DNA of 64,000 nucleotides from Podospora anserina (Eukaryota). The stretch spans positions 3,100,001 to 3,164,000 of the forward strand of contig CM030338.1 of assembly GCA_017654855.1 (NCBI GenBank). Direction: 5' to 3'. Below the pieces are notes generated by a model, which worked only from the letters and a program-made list of their open reading frames with translations, was not told the origin of the DNA and did no database searches. Position numbers and translations under genes: made by a program. This document shows positions 22,019 through 35,732 of the stretch, piece after piece; positions within the stretch are counted from its first letter, which is position 1; each line of letters begins with the position of its first letter.

Positions 22019-25000
22019 TTTGGATGAGGTGGAGGAGAAGTAATGGCAGGGCACGCGAGCTGTTGTGTAATGAAGAGGTCGAAGTCGAACTGGGGTTTTC
22101 AAAGAGGGGCGAGCAATAGAAGAAGAAAACGAGGTGAACGCCCTTTTACAAGCAGCAGCAGCAGTGGTGTGTTGTTTTGCTGTTATTGTTGTCCTCAACG
22201 CGGTTCGCTGGTGATGGCAGCTTTTTATACACAGCATTTGAGAGAAAGGGATTTAGAAAAAAAAGGAATTTAGAAGAAAAAAGAAAGAAAAAAACGGAAT
22301 CAATAAAAAGAAGAAACAGTTGCTTGGGTGGTGGCTCGCTCTTTCACTCTCTCTTACGTTTTTGGCGGGGTAAAAACTGCTAGTTCTCCCTTTCAAGTCA
22401 CAGCTTGCAGCTCGGAGGGCGGGGGAAGGAAGGTCAACATCATCACCCCACTGGCCTGATGGAGTCGGTAGCCGCGGTGGGGTTCCGTGGGGCCGGCGCG
22501 GGGGGGGAAGGGGGGAGGGTTGAGGGTTCCTTGTTGGATTTATCATGAAATATTGTCTGTGGAGGGTATATATTTGATGCTTTTTTTTTCTCAATTGTTG
22601 AGCTTTAGCTTTTGCTATTAGGTTAATGATGGGCTCAATAGGTATTTTGCTCTGGAAGCTTTCATCCCCAACCCGCCCGTCCCATCAAAAACCATACAAC
22701 CAATCAAACACCCGGCATTACCTACCCACCGTGCCTACGCATCCCCTCTCTCTCCCGCTTCCCCACTTCCTTTCACCTCTCCGCCGAACCACTACTCGGC
22801 ACGAGAGCGGCCCGATGATCAACAGCAAGGACCGGGAAGCGTCTAAGCTATCCCGCCACTCCGTCTTCACCATCACCAAACAGGCAGCTCCGGAACTACC
22901 TACCACCACGACTTCCCAAATCCAAAAACTCATGACAGGAGTTGAGCCTCAATCAGTCACCCTCACCGAATTGGATTACACGTAGGGTGACCCACCGCCT
23001 GGCCTAATACGGTTGACACGAGTGAGTGGGCAGGCAGGCCTGGGGAAGGTGTCTATCTGGCCGCCTGAATCTCGCCTCACCTTTTTTGCCTTGCCTCGCC
23101 TGGTCAGGCAAGATAGGGAGGGAGGCCTTGCAGCGGGCACGGGGTACAGTCATGATGCCAGCCCTACCAGGCACCAAGCAGGAAGGGTCCTGCTCTTTTG
23201 TAATGTTAGCAAGTGGTGATTGGTTGGACGGCGGTGTTGTAGGTAGGCTGCCTCTTGTAGAGTTCGATAAAGGGATATGGCACGATAATGACTGTTGCGC
23301 TTCACAATCGCAGTGGAAAAAGAAAAGGCCTATTAGATCTACTTTAGTCATTTAAACACACCAGGTGGTCAGTCGCGTGGGCTGGTGAGAGGCCTTCTTG
23401 GTGATGACCACCTCGGAGGCTTGCATCTGCTTTGCTGTCAGTGTATCTTGTGCATTTCACACTCGCTTCGACTCGGTAAACACCTGCTGCATTTGGATGA
23501 GCACTTGAACTTCATTTGCAAAGTCCCATGCTTTGCATCTTGCAGTGTCCAAAAGCAAACATCTATTCTTATCTCCAAGCCCAGCACCATAGACACCTAG
23601 GCAACTTTCTAGAAGCGACTCATTCTCAGTCCGATCCTTGGTTCAAAATCTGAAACGCTTCTTCTAGAGGCAAACATCCTTCCTGGAGCTAGTCTCGGGG
23701 TTTGCATCAACGAAAAGAGGTTTGTTTGCCTGTTATGCTTCTATTCTGGAGTATTACTTACCCTTCTTGCTGAGCAATTCCACCAGCAATTATTCCCGTC
23801 TGTTACCATGAGGCTCAACATGATGTTGATGGTAAACAATCCCATGGCTAACCCAAAGTTGGTGGAAGCCTGGAGCTTCCAGTCCGGTTTCGTAGCTCGG
23901 TGTGACTCCTCCCATCATCATCATCATCATCATCAGATGAGTAACACCGTCGCTTCAGAAGGGGGATTCGCTTCCAAGCTTTTTGGTCCACGTTGTCAGG
24001 TTACATCCTCTCCAGTTTTCCCGTCTTGTCTTTTCCTAGCCTGTGGCTTTTACATAGTGGGTAGTTGGTTGCATGGATGGGGATTTTTGCCTGTGTTTAT
24101 AGTGCACAAATGTATCCAACATGGTGATCAGGCTGGAGAAAATCCTCGATACACCTAGTTCGAGCCCCGAGCTGAAATACATCTTCTATAGATATATATA
24201 TATATATATATCAAAAAGATAGAGCCACCTGCAACTCTCCTCGTATGAGGTGCCTGAAAAAATAAATAGCTGAAAGGCAAAAGCGGAATCTCCAAAAAAA
24301 AAATTGGGTTACGTCGCATATCGCGAGCGCGCGCATCGCAGCAGCAGGACACATTCGCATGGCATGGCATGGCATGGCATAGCACCTGTCCATCGGGGGC
24401 AGTCCCCGTTCCTGGCGAAGATCTTTTTTCTCCTCCTTCTCCATCTGTCCGTTGTCAGCTTGTCAATTCATCCGGGCCGTCACTGGGTAGGTAGGCGAGG
24501 ACGGGGGGAGCCAAGTTCAGGTAAGGTGTGGCGAGGTGTGATCTCCAGGTACAAAGTCGATTCCTACCCCCGTCCTCAAACTCCCAATTGAGTGATAGAC
24601 CGTTTTTTTCTGGAATACGATCGAATGGAAGCTGGTGTCTTGCAATCCAGGTCCCTGCCCTGAAGCCTCGCAAGTCTTGTTGGTGACATGCCAGGTAGTT
24701 TGAAGCAGCTGGATGTACCCCCAAGTACCTCAAAAAACCCCTGCTCACCTGGACCTTTGCCTTGCCTGCTCCGTCCCTTTGCCAACCCACCCGCCCTACC
24801 CTTCCCAAGTTTAAACTTATGATCCCAGCATCTCGCGTTGCGTGGCTTTTCTCACCTTTTGGTCACCTCACCTCTCTCATGCTGTTGAACCAATCAGCCC
24901 GTTTTGCTTCGTACTCCAGACCTTCCAGCGGTCCCATTTGCCCAGATGAAGGTGTTCAACACCATTCAGGGTTAGGGGTCGACATGCTTGGTAGATGCAC

Positions 25001-28000
25001 CTCGCCAATTTCTACATCTCATCTCCCAATCACCACCACGACCACGACCACGACCACCACTCACCGTTTACATCGGCGAATTCCCCCCATCTTTTTCCCC
25101 GTTACAATTTTTCATCCGAAATCTAAAATAAAATAAAAATCCAAATTTTTTTTTTTTAAAAAAAAACCAAAGAAAGAAAGGGAGGGATGGTGACGCGCCT
25201 TTGTCTTTCGTCTTTTCTTTTTTCCCCTACCCCTTCCCCCTTGTTAAATTAGCGGAGGATTTAGAGATGCGGATAGCAGATACGCGAAATATGACGTCCC
25301 AATCCCTACACACAGTGTGTCTTGCAAATATCCCCATGATAGATCAAATCTGCGACCATGATACCAACAAAGACACTCTGAACCGATCAAGGTAGAGAGA
25401 GAGAGAGAGAGAGAGAGAGCGGAAATAGGATTTGGCCCAAGCTCAACCTTCCCAGATCGAGCGAAGGGCTGCACAAACGATGACGATCCTTGGCGGGTGC
25501 GGGCGGCGGGCGATCAGACAAGGATTTTGTGTCAACTCCTTGTTGTCAACTCTTGGTCGAAAGCAACATTCTCCAGGAAATGTCATAGCTACCCGACATA
25601 TCTGATGGGAAAGGGTTTGTCGTGGAAGATCCGGGGATGATGATGGCTGCTGCTACCTTGTGAGGCGAAGGGGACTGTAGCCTTTTGGTTGTGGTGAAAT
25701 GAGCGAGGATGATGATGCAGCAGTGTTGGCCACTTCTGAACCAAGGCAAAAAGTTCACCACGTTTTCATTCATTTTTATTTATTTATTTTTTACACTCTA
25801 CAGATATTCTTCACCCACCTCCCGTACCTTGCAGCTCTTCATTCTTATCATGTTTTCTTTTATCCCCCTCGTACCTTGCAGCTAAAAGTTCCGGCCCATT
25901 CTGCACTCGTAGCTGAATATCAGTGGCAACTACTCCCGCCTTTCTCCAGCAAATCTCTAGGTATTCCAACTTCCACATTCCACACTGTCTATTTCGATAG
26001 AAAAGCCAATGTGGCAAAAAATATCTTTTTTATAGGTGTGGTCTCTGCGGTCTCTGAGTGGGTGGTGGTGTCGCTTCAGCTCCGTCCCAACGCTGCAGGC
26101 TGGCACACCTCTTTTCTTGGCAACAAGAATCGCCGCAAAAAAAAAAAAAAAAAAAAAAAGCTACAGGTTATCAGTCGAGGAGGACGTTTTTGGAATTATA
26201 GAGAGTTGGCTGTGCGCGAGGGTAAGGCGTGTGAGGATGAGCTGGCTTGATCCCGGTCTTCCGGGTCGACTACCTGGATGGGATGAAGATGGGGGGTTGT
26301 CTACGGTAGGGTATCTAGGAGGACAAAAAAGCGTGGGGGATCAGCGTGCAGGAAGGGATGGATAGTTGGTTGGGATGAAAACCTGTAGGCTTGATTAAGA
26401 AAAAAGGTGCTGTTCAGATAAGAGCTGCTGCTGTCCTTGTTCTCATGAAAATGTACAACAAGTAAGGCTCGATGAGGTGAGTAAGTGAGACCTCACATGA
26501 CCGCTTGGACAGATCGAGACTTTTTTCTTTGTCCCTGACCCCAAAAGTCTGGGGGGGTGGTAGATGTCATGGCAGGCTAAATCACCTGTGACACGGGTTG
26601 TACAGAACCAACAAACCTTACCTGTGCAAGGTGATGCTATAGCGAAGAAAAAAGGTTATTCTGCTTGAACTCGTGGTCTCTGCTACACACGGAAGACAGA
26701 GAGAGGCGGGGAACGGGAGGATGTATGTGCGTTTTATTAGAGTGATTATGTGGGGAGATATATTGCGGATGTTGGAGAAAAACGGGGATGGATCATGGGG
26801 GACTGATTGGAGTTTGTAGGAGGAGATGCAATAGGGGATTCCTTTTATAGGCAGCTTTGGTCCTCTCTCTCTCTCTCTCGTTCGTATGATGATTGTAGAG
26901 CGATATGGCTTGGGAGAGGGGAGCTGGACGGAATGACGGTGGACGATGCAGCGTCACTCTGAAATGGTGAACAATGGCGTTGTCATTTGTCACTTGATCG
27001 CCCCACTATTTGTGATGGTGGCTTGAGCCCTTGTCAGCGAGAGAAAATGAGGGAGGGGGTTCAAGAGGCTTCGAATTCGAATTAAACAGAGGAAATCAAA
27101 CATGTTTCTTCATTTTCAAGTTGATATCGGTGTATCAGACTGGTCAATGGCTGCACATGGACCGAAACTGACAGATGCCTTTGAAAGTTGTTGTGCTTCA
27201 GATCTCGACGTTGGTCCAGTCGATTGAGTTTAGCTCTCGTAGATCCTCAAGCGCAGGCTGTCGGAATCCTGTCTGAAGAGAGACAGCGAGACTTGTGTGC
27301 ACAGACCACCGTCAAGCTTTGTGGTTTTTTTTTTAATCAGCGGAGTCTTTGGTGGAGGGATACCCGCCTCTTTCATGGTCCCCACCAACCCCAGCGCACG
27401 AGGGCCTGAGAGAGTTTGATTGTCCAGCTTCGATGCCAAACCTCGCCTCGACGAAATGTCTTTGTTTATTTCAATCAGAGAGGTTTAATCCTCACAGAGG
27501 CCCTCCCCCACGCTGAGGAAGCCGACGCGGGGTTTTGCTTCACCGTCCTCTCCCTCGCAAGCAAGCGTGAGCAAAAGCAGCCCAAGAGAGCTCCAAGAAT
27601 CCGAAACGGGCTTGGTAGAGTGGGCGGCAGCGGCTGAGCAAGGGGGTCATCCTGGGCCCGGGCCCTTGGCCCTGGCACTTCCTCTTTCGATCTCAACAGC
27701 CGGGAGGCATTAGTTGGGCAGCACCATGACTCCATGTAGGTGCGCACTCAAGGCTGTATGGAAAGAAGATGATGAACCACGGTTGCCCACCGAGAGCGCA
27801 GCGAGCTCTTGCGCTATCGGGGCCTTGTAGGGCAGCCGCAGCACGGGGGCGACGGGCGGGAGAGCTCGGTGCAAGGGCACGGCAACGCACGGCGGACGAC
27901 CGACCGATCATCGCAAGGCGGTAGAGTCTGGAGAGCCTGCCTTGTCACGCCCGGATGACTGTGACGGTCATGCTTTCCACCGTCTACCGATGCTGGCCAA

Positions 28001-30061
28001 CGGCGACAGCGAGGCCGTTGGTTGTACAGTCCCATACCGCTGCACTCAAGCGTACGTGACCACTTGTCAGCAGCTCATCGCTACTCGACAGACGAATCTG
28101 ACAGAAGTTCGCAATCGAAGCGTGAAATCTGACAATGGCTGAGGTGTTCGTTCGAGTTTCCTTGATCATGCACTTGGTTCCTCTCAAGACCATAGGGGAA
28201 TTCCACGTTGTTGAACCTCGGACCCAAACAGTTACGCAAGGTCCCGTCATAGGCCAAGCCCATCGCCTTCTCTGTCGTATAGAAAGCTCATCAAGAAGAA
28301 TTCCCACTCGGGTAGTGCCCATGAAAGTTCCAGAAAAGGAGGCCTATCTATCGATCTCTGGAGTTGTACACACACAGTAGGCTCTGGGGTTGGGGGCCGC
28401 GGGGGCCTAACCAGATACTCACCTTGATTGAGTATTTGGCTTTTGATGGCTCATTGGCGGACGGTGCGCGGTGAGGTGGGTGAGGTGGGCTGGGCTCAAT
28501 TTGCCTGTCTTTCTTGAACGGCCGCCGCCCTGGGCTCAAGTTGCTGTCTGCTGTCTGCTGGCGAGATGATGAATTTCTCGGTGAATTGGGGGACTGGACT
28601 GATGTGCTCGGCAGCACTGCAGCTTGTTCTCACTCGCTCTCTCGTCTTCATCTTGCGCTGCTGCCCCTGGTCGCTTTTGGGTTCCAGGTGCAGGGGGGGC
28701 GCCCGACGGTTTGTGGTGTAGGCGGGCAGGTAGACCCTCTTCCCATCGAGGTATCGATGGAGTACCTGAGGTACTCGAGGTACTTGGCTCTCCCACCCCG
28801 GCCACGCCCGCCAGACGTGCTTGGTTGCTGGGCTCTCGCTGCGATCGGCCCAATCCCTTTACTGTCACTGTCACTGTCACCATCTCGGCAGTGAAAGTTG
28901 AGGGTTTACTTCATTACTTCGAGTCCTCGCTTGTTGGTGGTGGAAGCAGAGCATCATCAGCTTCCATTGAATTTGTCGCCAAGACCGTGGCACCGTGCTA
29001 GGACGACCGGGGCGGGCGGTCATTGCTGTCTGCTCACGGGTGGCGGGGAGTGATCAATCGTTTAGTCAGTTTGAAGCCAAGGTGGATAAGAATAATAGAC
29101 ATGAAAGCTATCGTCTTGAAAAAAAAGAGGCAGTGAGAAGGAGAGACAGAGAGACAGAGAGACAGAGAGACAGAGAGAGAAAGAAAAGAAGCGCCAGACA
29201 CCAGGCGCTAGAGACCCCTGCACCAAAGGTACCTCGCGAGTACCAAGGGTACCTGTTGGTACAGGCTGCCCTGGGGTTCCGCCTCCAACCAAGTAGCGTC
29301 TGACACCGGCGGGCAGAGCAGCCAGAGCCCATCGTAGTAGGCCCCACATCCCCATCCTTCCAGGTTCTTTTCTCCCTTCCCAACTTTCCATTCCCACTCC
29401 TGGGCACACCACCGCCTGCCTCCCTCTTCTTCCGTGCCCACCACCGTTGCGTTGTCGCCGAACCTCAACCTCAACCTTCACTGAAGCTTTTCTCTCTCTT
29501 CCATTACCTACCTTTTCATCATAGTATTGGAACTGCTCTCACCTAGCCACTCGGCCACTCAACCACCGTGTGTGTCTAATAATTGCAACAACTGAACTGC
29601 TAGGTGCTGCGTGCCGGCTCCGGAACCTCGTCCTCCACCTCTTTTTTTGGGCCGCTTCTCTCACCACGACGACACGACACGACCACGACCACGACCACGA
29701 CGAACAGCAGCTTTGTTTCTGACCCTAGCTCACGCGCTCTCGGTCGCCCTCGACTTCTCTCACTGACATTTTGTTATTTGTGGGCCCCACGAGCGCCGAA
29801 TTGATCTTGGTCGACACACACTGAGGGGATTTGTTTGGCGACATCTTGATCAAAGGCCTAAACGCTGTCGCCCCAGCGACACCGCCGCTTTGAACGCGCG
29901 CCGAAGCTTGCCATCGCCATCAAAGCCGCAGGTATATGGGAATCCGCCACGGTCAACATCCCAACACGCCGACGCTTGGCTCCGCAGCTGTCTCGCCCTC
30001 TCGCCCCGGTGCGCTGCAGAAAAGGATAGCAAGGAGTTGATTCCACTACTCAACTGCGGCC

Positions 30062-30631
30062 ATGGCCGCCAACATACCGCCACAGATGGTTCCCAACCAT
30101 ATGATGCTGCTTCAGCAGCAGCAACAGCAGCAGCAGCGAGCCAAATCCCAACAGCAGCAGCAGCAAATCAACCAACTTGTCATGGCCTATGTTGTCAACA
30201 CGCAGCCTGAGGCCGCTCCAAACACATGGCAGAGTGCCATGTCTCATAACGAGCGATATGGAAAGACTCTGAACCTGTAAGTACTGGACGGTTGAGATGC
30301 AACTGAGTGCATGACAAGCCTGGGTCACTAACGGGACTGCAGCGTCACAAACGTAATACTTGCCATGTCGACCGGCAATTTCACCGCTGTCTTTCAACAC
30401 GCAACCGACTTCGAGAAAAAGGCTTGGCTGAGTTCTGAAAATAAGGTGAGCGCCACACGTCCCCTTCCAGTATATTCGTTGCATCGTTTGCATTTTTCTC
30501 TTTTTCTTTTTAGGCAGAAGCCCGGACTGTATTTTGACATTCTCCAGGCCATGTACGACAGGGCCTTGCAAGGCAAAATCGACGAGATGGTCGCACGCAG
30601 ACAGGGCAACACGCAACAGCTTCAGAACCAG

Positions 30632-30669
<38 letters not shown>

Positions 30670-33600
30670 GCATCATCAGCAGCAGCAGCAACGTCAGCAG
30701 CAGCATCAGCAGCAACAGATGCTCATGAACCAGATGGCTGCTGCTCGAATGGGGCCGACCGGCCAGCCTGGATTTCCAGGCATGCAAAACCCGATGCAAG
30801 TCCCTCAAGGACCCCCACAAGCCCAGCTTGGTATGGGCTTGGCTGGGAACCCTCAGAACAGGCCCGGGCAACCACCGTTCGGAATGCAGATGGGACAGCC
30901 TGCACGTCCTATGGGTCCCATGGGCCAGCTGCAGCCCAATGAGATCAATGCCGTCAACGAGGTCGCGCAGAGGCTGATGAGCCAAGTTCCCGAACCCCAG
31001 AAAGCCCAAATGCGCCAGAAAATCATGGAGAACCTGGGCCCGCGTGCTGCTCAGTTCCACGGGGATGTACTCGTGTGGCATTTTCAGCAAGAGGCCCTGC
31101 GGCAAATGACTGCGAGCCGGCAGAGGCAAGCTCAAGCTCTTGGACAGCAACGAATGGCCAACGGAATGCCGCAGGGCCAACCAGGACAGATGAACCCGAA
31201 CCAACTCATGATCAACCCACTAGCACAGCAGCCAGTCATGCCGAATGGCCCGATGCTCGGCGCCAACATCGAAACTATACGGAACGAGCGTCAACAAGCT
31301 CTGCTCGCCCAGCAGCAGGGACAGATGGTTGTCCCGGCGAGCAACGGCCAGGCCAGAACTGTTACGCCAGGCCCGATGAACGGGATGCCGGGCGCTCAAC
31401 CGGGCGTGAACCAAGCTTCTCGACCAATGCCGGCGGGACAGAATTTTGGCGTTCAGCAGCCTGGTGTTGCCCGAGGACCGATGATGGGACACCCGATGCA
31501 AGGACAACCGGGCGGTCTCGCCGGGCCCCCTACCACGTCTCAGAGTCCAGCCATGAACACGTTGAACGCGCCGATGCAGCAGCCGCCCGTTCCGATGGGG
31601 CATGTGGGGAGACAACCGCCCGTTAACCCAGGTAACCCGGCCATGGGCAGCTTGAACCCGCAATTCAGCCATCAGAACAACACACGACCGCCCTCGGCGA
31701 TGCCAGGTGTCATGAACGGCGCGGCGCTGGCCGGAGGTCGAGGAATACCCGAAGGAGCAATGGGCAACTGGAATCAGCAGCAACGGGCGGCCATGATGAG
31801 TGGTTTGTCGATGGGCACACCTGGCCAGATGCCCGGGGCACCGGAACAACTCCGAGCCGGCCAGATGAACATGGCGAATCAGGGACCGGGACCGAACGGG
31901 CCACCAAACCCGGCAGTGCAGGCCAAGATGTTGGAATACTTGCAAACCCCACACGGCAAGACGGCCATCGACAACATGGACATAGCGCCTGGTGTTTTCG
32001 GCATGCTTGCGAACAACGGAACGAATGTGGGGCCAAACATTAAGAAATGGTTTCAGCTCAAGGCCCTGGCAGTCAACAACCCGGCGCAACTGAACATGTT
32101 GCAGGCCGTCCAGCACAGGCAGTTCGCAGTAATGTGGAACCAACAACAGAAGAGGCAGCAAGCAAACCAACCCCAAGGCAACCCCGGCGCTCCTTTCCAG
32201 CCGCCCCAGCTGCCCCCCGGCGAGGAATACCCCCCGCACGTCGCCCAGCTGACCCCGCAAGAGGTCCAGGCATTCATGAGCAGGAGTGCCAATCATGCGA
32301 ACCAGAACCCGGCCATGGTCTCGGAGATACTCAGAAGATTGAAGTACACCGACTACGCCAAGAAGATCTGGGAGAAGCACAACAAGCAGCAGCAGGGAAT
32401 CAACAATGCCAATGCTGGCGGCCAAAAGGCTCCGTCACAGATAGTACCCCCAACACCCACCACACAACCAGGTGCCCCTCCGATGGCTCAGCCGAACATG
32501 CCGCCAAAGCCCTCGAGTACCCCGGTGGCTCCTCCAGCATCCACGCCGGCCAGACAGACGCCCAAGATTCCTCAACAACCACAACCTCAACAGCAGTCAC
32601 AGCCGGCGCCGCAGTCACAGCAACAGCCGGGGCAACATGGACCGAACCCTTCCCCCGTGCCCGCCCCCAGGCACAACCTCAAGCGAAAGCCGGACGATTC
32701 CGAAGGTGCGGCTCAAGCGAACAATGCCGCTCAACGACCAGCGCCGGGACCTGGAGCTCAGACCAATATCCGTGCACCCCCACCGTTCAAGCCGCTTCCT
32801 GAGGAACAGGTTGCGGCCCTGGGGCCGCAGGAAAGGGCCGAGTATGATGCCACCTTGCGACTTCATCAGCGCATCACGGCCATCACCACGGAAGAACAGC
32901 TATTGGCCCAAGGGCAGAACGAGGTGCCGGTGCCCATGGACGCAGAACTATTGGGGAAAACCCGCAGGACGCTCCTGGGAGCATTGAGCACCATGAGAGG
33001 TGTAAGCGCGTGGTCGCAGGCATGGTTCTTCAAGACCAAGGACGAGGAACGTCTGAGGATTTTCCTTCGAGCAGTACGTATATCCGGATCGAGTCTCTGC
33101 ATCACGGGAGGCTGACTGACATGTCGTGTAGCGGCACAAACTTTACAGGCAGCTCGTTCCAAACAAGGACGCATCACAGCCGTCAACCATCTTGCGGCCC
33201 GTCCTCACCATTTCGCCCCAGGAACTCGACCAGATCCAGCAGATGCTGAAGAACATGGCCACTGACATCAAGACCTATTGCGTACCCTCGCTTGGTCTGC
33301 AAAATAGCTGGAGTCAGGCGAACGGCGGGACGCCAACCCAGCGGCCCGCGCAAGCACCCACGCCTCTGAGCCAAGCCAATCTGGAGAAGCAGACACAGGC
33401 GTTGAAGCAGGCGCAGAACCGCACGGCCGCGAAGAACGTTGCCGCCCCGGCCGCTCCGACGACCACGCAGCCGCCTTTCTCGTTTGGGGCTCACAAGTCG
33501 CCGGCCGGCAATCCGGAATACCTGAGCGAGCCGCTTCTCACACGGGACGGGCTCCAGGCACCACCTGCCAGGAAGAAGCCCAAGACGGGAGCAAACCACA

Positions 33601-34496
33601 GCTCGCCGCCGGCCATTCAGCCGGGCACTGGCTCCCTGTCGCCCAACGTCAAGGCGCCCTCTCCCGTTGTCAGCCGGAAGCAGGAGCCGGCCAAGACGGC
33701 ACCCACATTCATGTGTCCCGAACCCGGTTGCGAGCAAATGTCTGTGGGTTTTGAGAGCGAGGAAGCGCTTGGCATGCACAAGCAGGAGGAGCACATCCGG
33801 CCATTCCAAGATCCTGTCGCCTTCATGCGGGAGAACATGGCTGCGGCACTGAAGCTTGACGAACAGGGCAGGCCCGTCTCGGCGCCGGCCATGGGTGGCA
33901 GTCTTTCCAAGCAAGGCCAGACACCCATGAGCAAGCCTGATCTGGCGGCGACGCCCATGTCTCGCGACGCGTCGATGAGACGACAGGGCAGTGCCGCGGG
34001 AGGACGGGAGAGTACGGCGACACCACGGATGGCGGCGAGCACGCCCATGGCGCCGGTGGACGAGATGTGGGCGGGCACGACGATCGACCCGCAGAATCTG
34101 TTTGCCGGGTTGGGGCCCACGATAGACGCGACCACGGGCAACATGATGCACGAGTTTGGGACGTACCGATCGATCACGCCCAACGACACGCCCGAGTCGA
34201 CGGCCAGCAAGGACAGCGGGGTTTCGGAGCCGAACAGCGACATCCTCGAGGGCACCGGGCTGGATATCAACTTGACGTTCCAGAACTTCAACGAGGATGT
34301 GCTGATGGACATGAACAGGATCAACATGGATTCGCTGGATAGTTTGGTGGACAGCGACCTGTACGGCCCGGGTGGTGGTTTTGGCGGCGGGCAGGAGGCG
34401 TACCAGTTCACCTTTGAAGACATGACGATGGGGAACGACTTTAGCAAGCCGTTTCAGTTTGACAACAGCGGGTACATGATGGATGCATCGGTTTAG
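30062..34496 (+). CDS. MED15: Mediator subunit Med15/Gal11 (N-terminal KIX-like domain, Q/P/M-rich body, C-terminal C2H2-like motif); introns 30277-30342, 30446-30547, 33074-33131
   Basis: All three GT-AG introns restore the frame. KIX-like WQSAMSHNER...FEKKAW...YDRAL; long polyQ; FSFGAHKSPAGNPEY; FMCPEPGC...HKQEEH; TPNDTPES. Confidence 0.72.
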
Positions 34497-35349
34497 GTTC
34501 TGGATACCTAGGTGATGATTATGATGATAAAGCGGAGTGGCAGTTTTATATATATAATGTGCATGGGTACATGGTATATGGGAAAAGCTAGCAGGGTTGG
34601 TCTGGGCATTCACGAGAAGGGTAGTGTAATACCTCTTTTCTATATTTTTTCCTTGTCTCTCTTTCTCTCAGCGTCTCTTTATATGAGTGTTGCTGCGGTT
34701 TTGTTTTCGGGGCAGGGAGGGAGTTTGGTAATTGTGTGGATTGGGCTATACGGAAGCATTCTATATTTCTTATTTTTTTTTTGTTCTCTCTGTGTCTCGC
34801 GGGTCGAATGGACGGTTTCTCAGGTCAGGCAGATAGGGTGATACCCCCCGTGAACTTGCTTTCTTTTTTTTCTCTTTTTCTTTTTTTCTTTTTTTCCCAG
34901 TTTGTCTCTTGTTTTTTTTTTCTTGTTTTTTTTTGCATCGAGGTTGAAGAAAGATGGATGGATGTATTTTGGGTGGATTTATTGGATGTATACGAATTGT
35001 ATATTATACTAGTAAAAGGGGGGTTTTGGGGGGACATTGAATGAGAGATCAAAAGTATCACACCATATGACAATTTGTTTGGCATGTGTTGAAGCTCTGG
35101 CCAGGTTCACATTGATGATGCTTGCTGCTGCGGGGGCATCGGGAGTAGAGACGGGAGCGCGCCAATCCATGCAGGAAGACGCGATGATCCACTGTGGGCT
35201 GGGTGCCAAGGACTGGGGTCTTTTAGTTGACGTGGAGAATGAGATGTGAACAGGTTATTGTATTCGGTGTGTGGATGGCAGTGAAAGGGGAACTGAATAA
35301 ACTGCTGCCTGACAAGGCTTTTTTCCTCAACAGTAATCTCAGTTCTTGA

Positions 35350-35687
35350 ACGCGACGAGCTTTTTGTCACACCAAAGACAAGAGGTACGTACCCTCCTAG
35401 GTAGGTAGGTACCCGAAGCTTCTCTTTAGGCGCCGCACAGTGGGGTTTTCGTTAGCTTTCGAGGGACAGGGGCTCACTAGTGTAGGTACCTACACCTTAT
35501 AGCTCACATTGTTCTTCAGCACCCACCTACCATCCACAAGCTTCAAACCGCGACTGGTGTGGTTTTTGGACGCGACTTTTGTGCCCCTCTCACTCACGTC
35601 CTACTTATTTACCTTTTGATCTCGTTCCTGTTTTTCCCTTTCCTTTTCTCAACAGATACAAGACGCGTTAAAGGGATTTGGACGCGA
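35350..35687. promoter_or_regulatory. Cluster of MCB-like boxes (ACGCGW) upstream of the Whi5/Nrm1-like gene
   Basis: ACGCGA at 35350, 35570 and 35682; ACGCGT at 35663; another ACGCGA at 35179. Confidence 0.6.
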
Positions 35688-35732
35688 TTTTGCTTTCAAT
35701 ACTTTACTCGGGAGAAAAGATTGGTGATAGCA

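Noticed and set aside
24967..24978. CAGGGTTAGGGG as a telomerase RNA template
   Set aside because: Only a partial match to 1.5 TTAGGG repeats, and I could not identify supporting pseudoknot or CR4/5 elements.
33183..34613. 476-aa - strand ORF (also 30050-31204 and 31220-32425)
   Set aside because: Antisense shadows of MED15.
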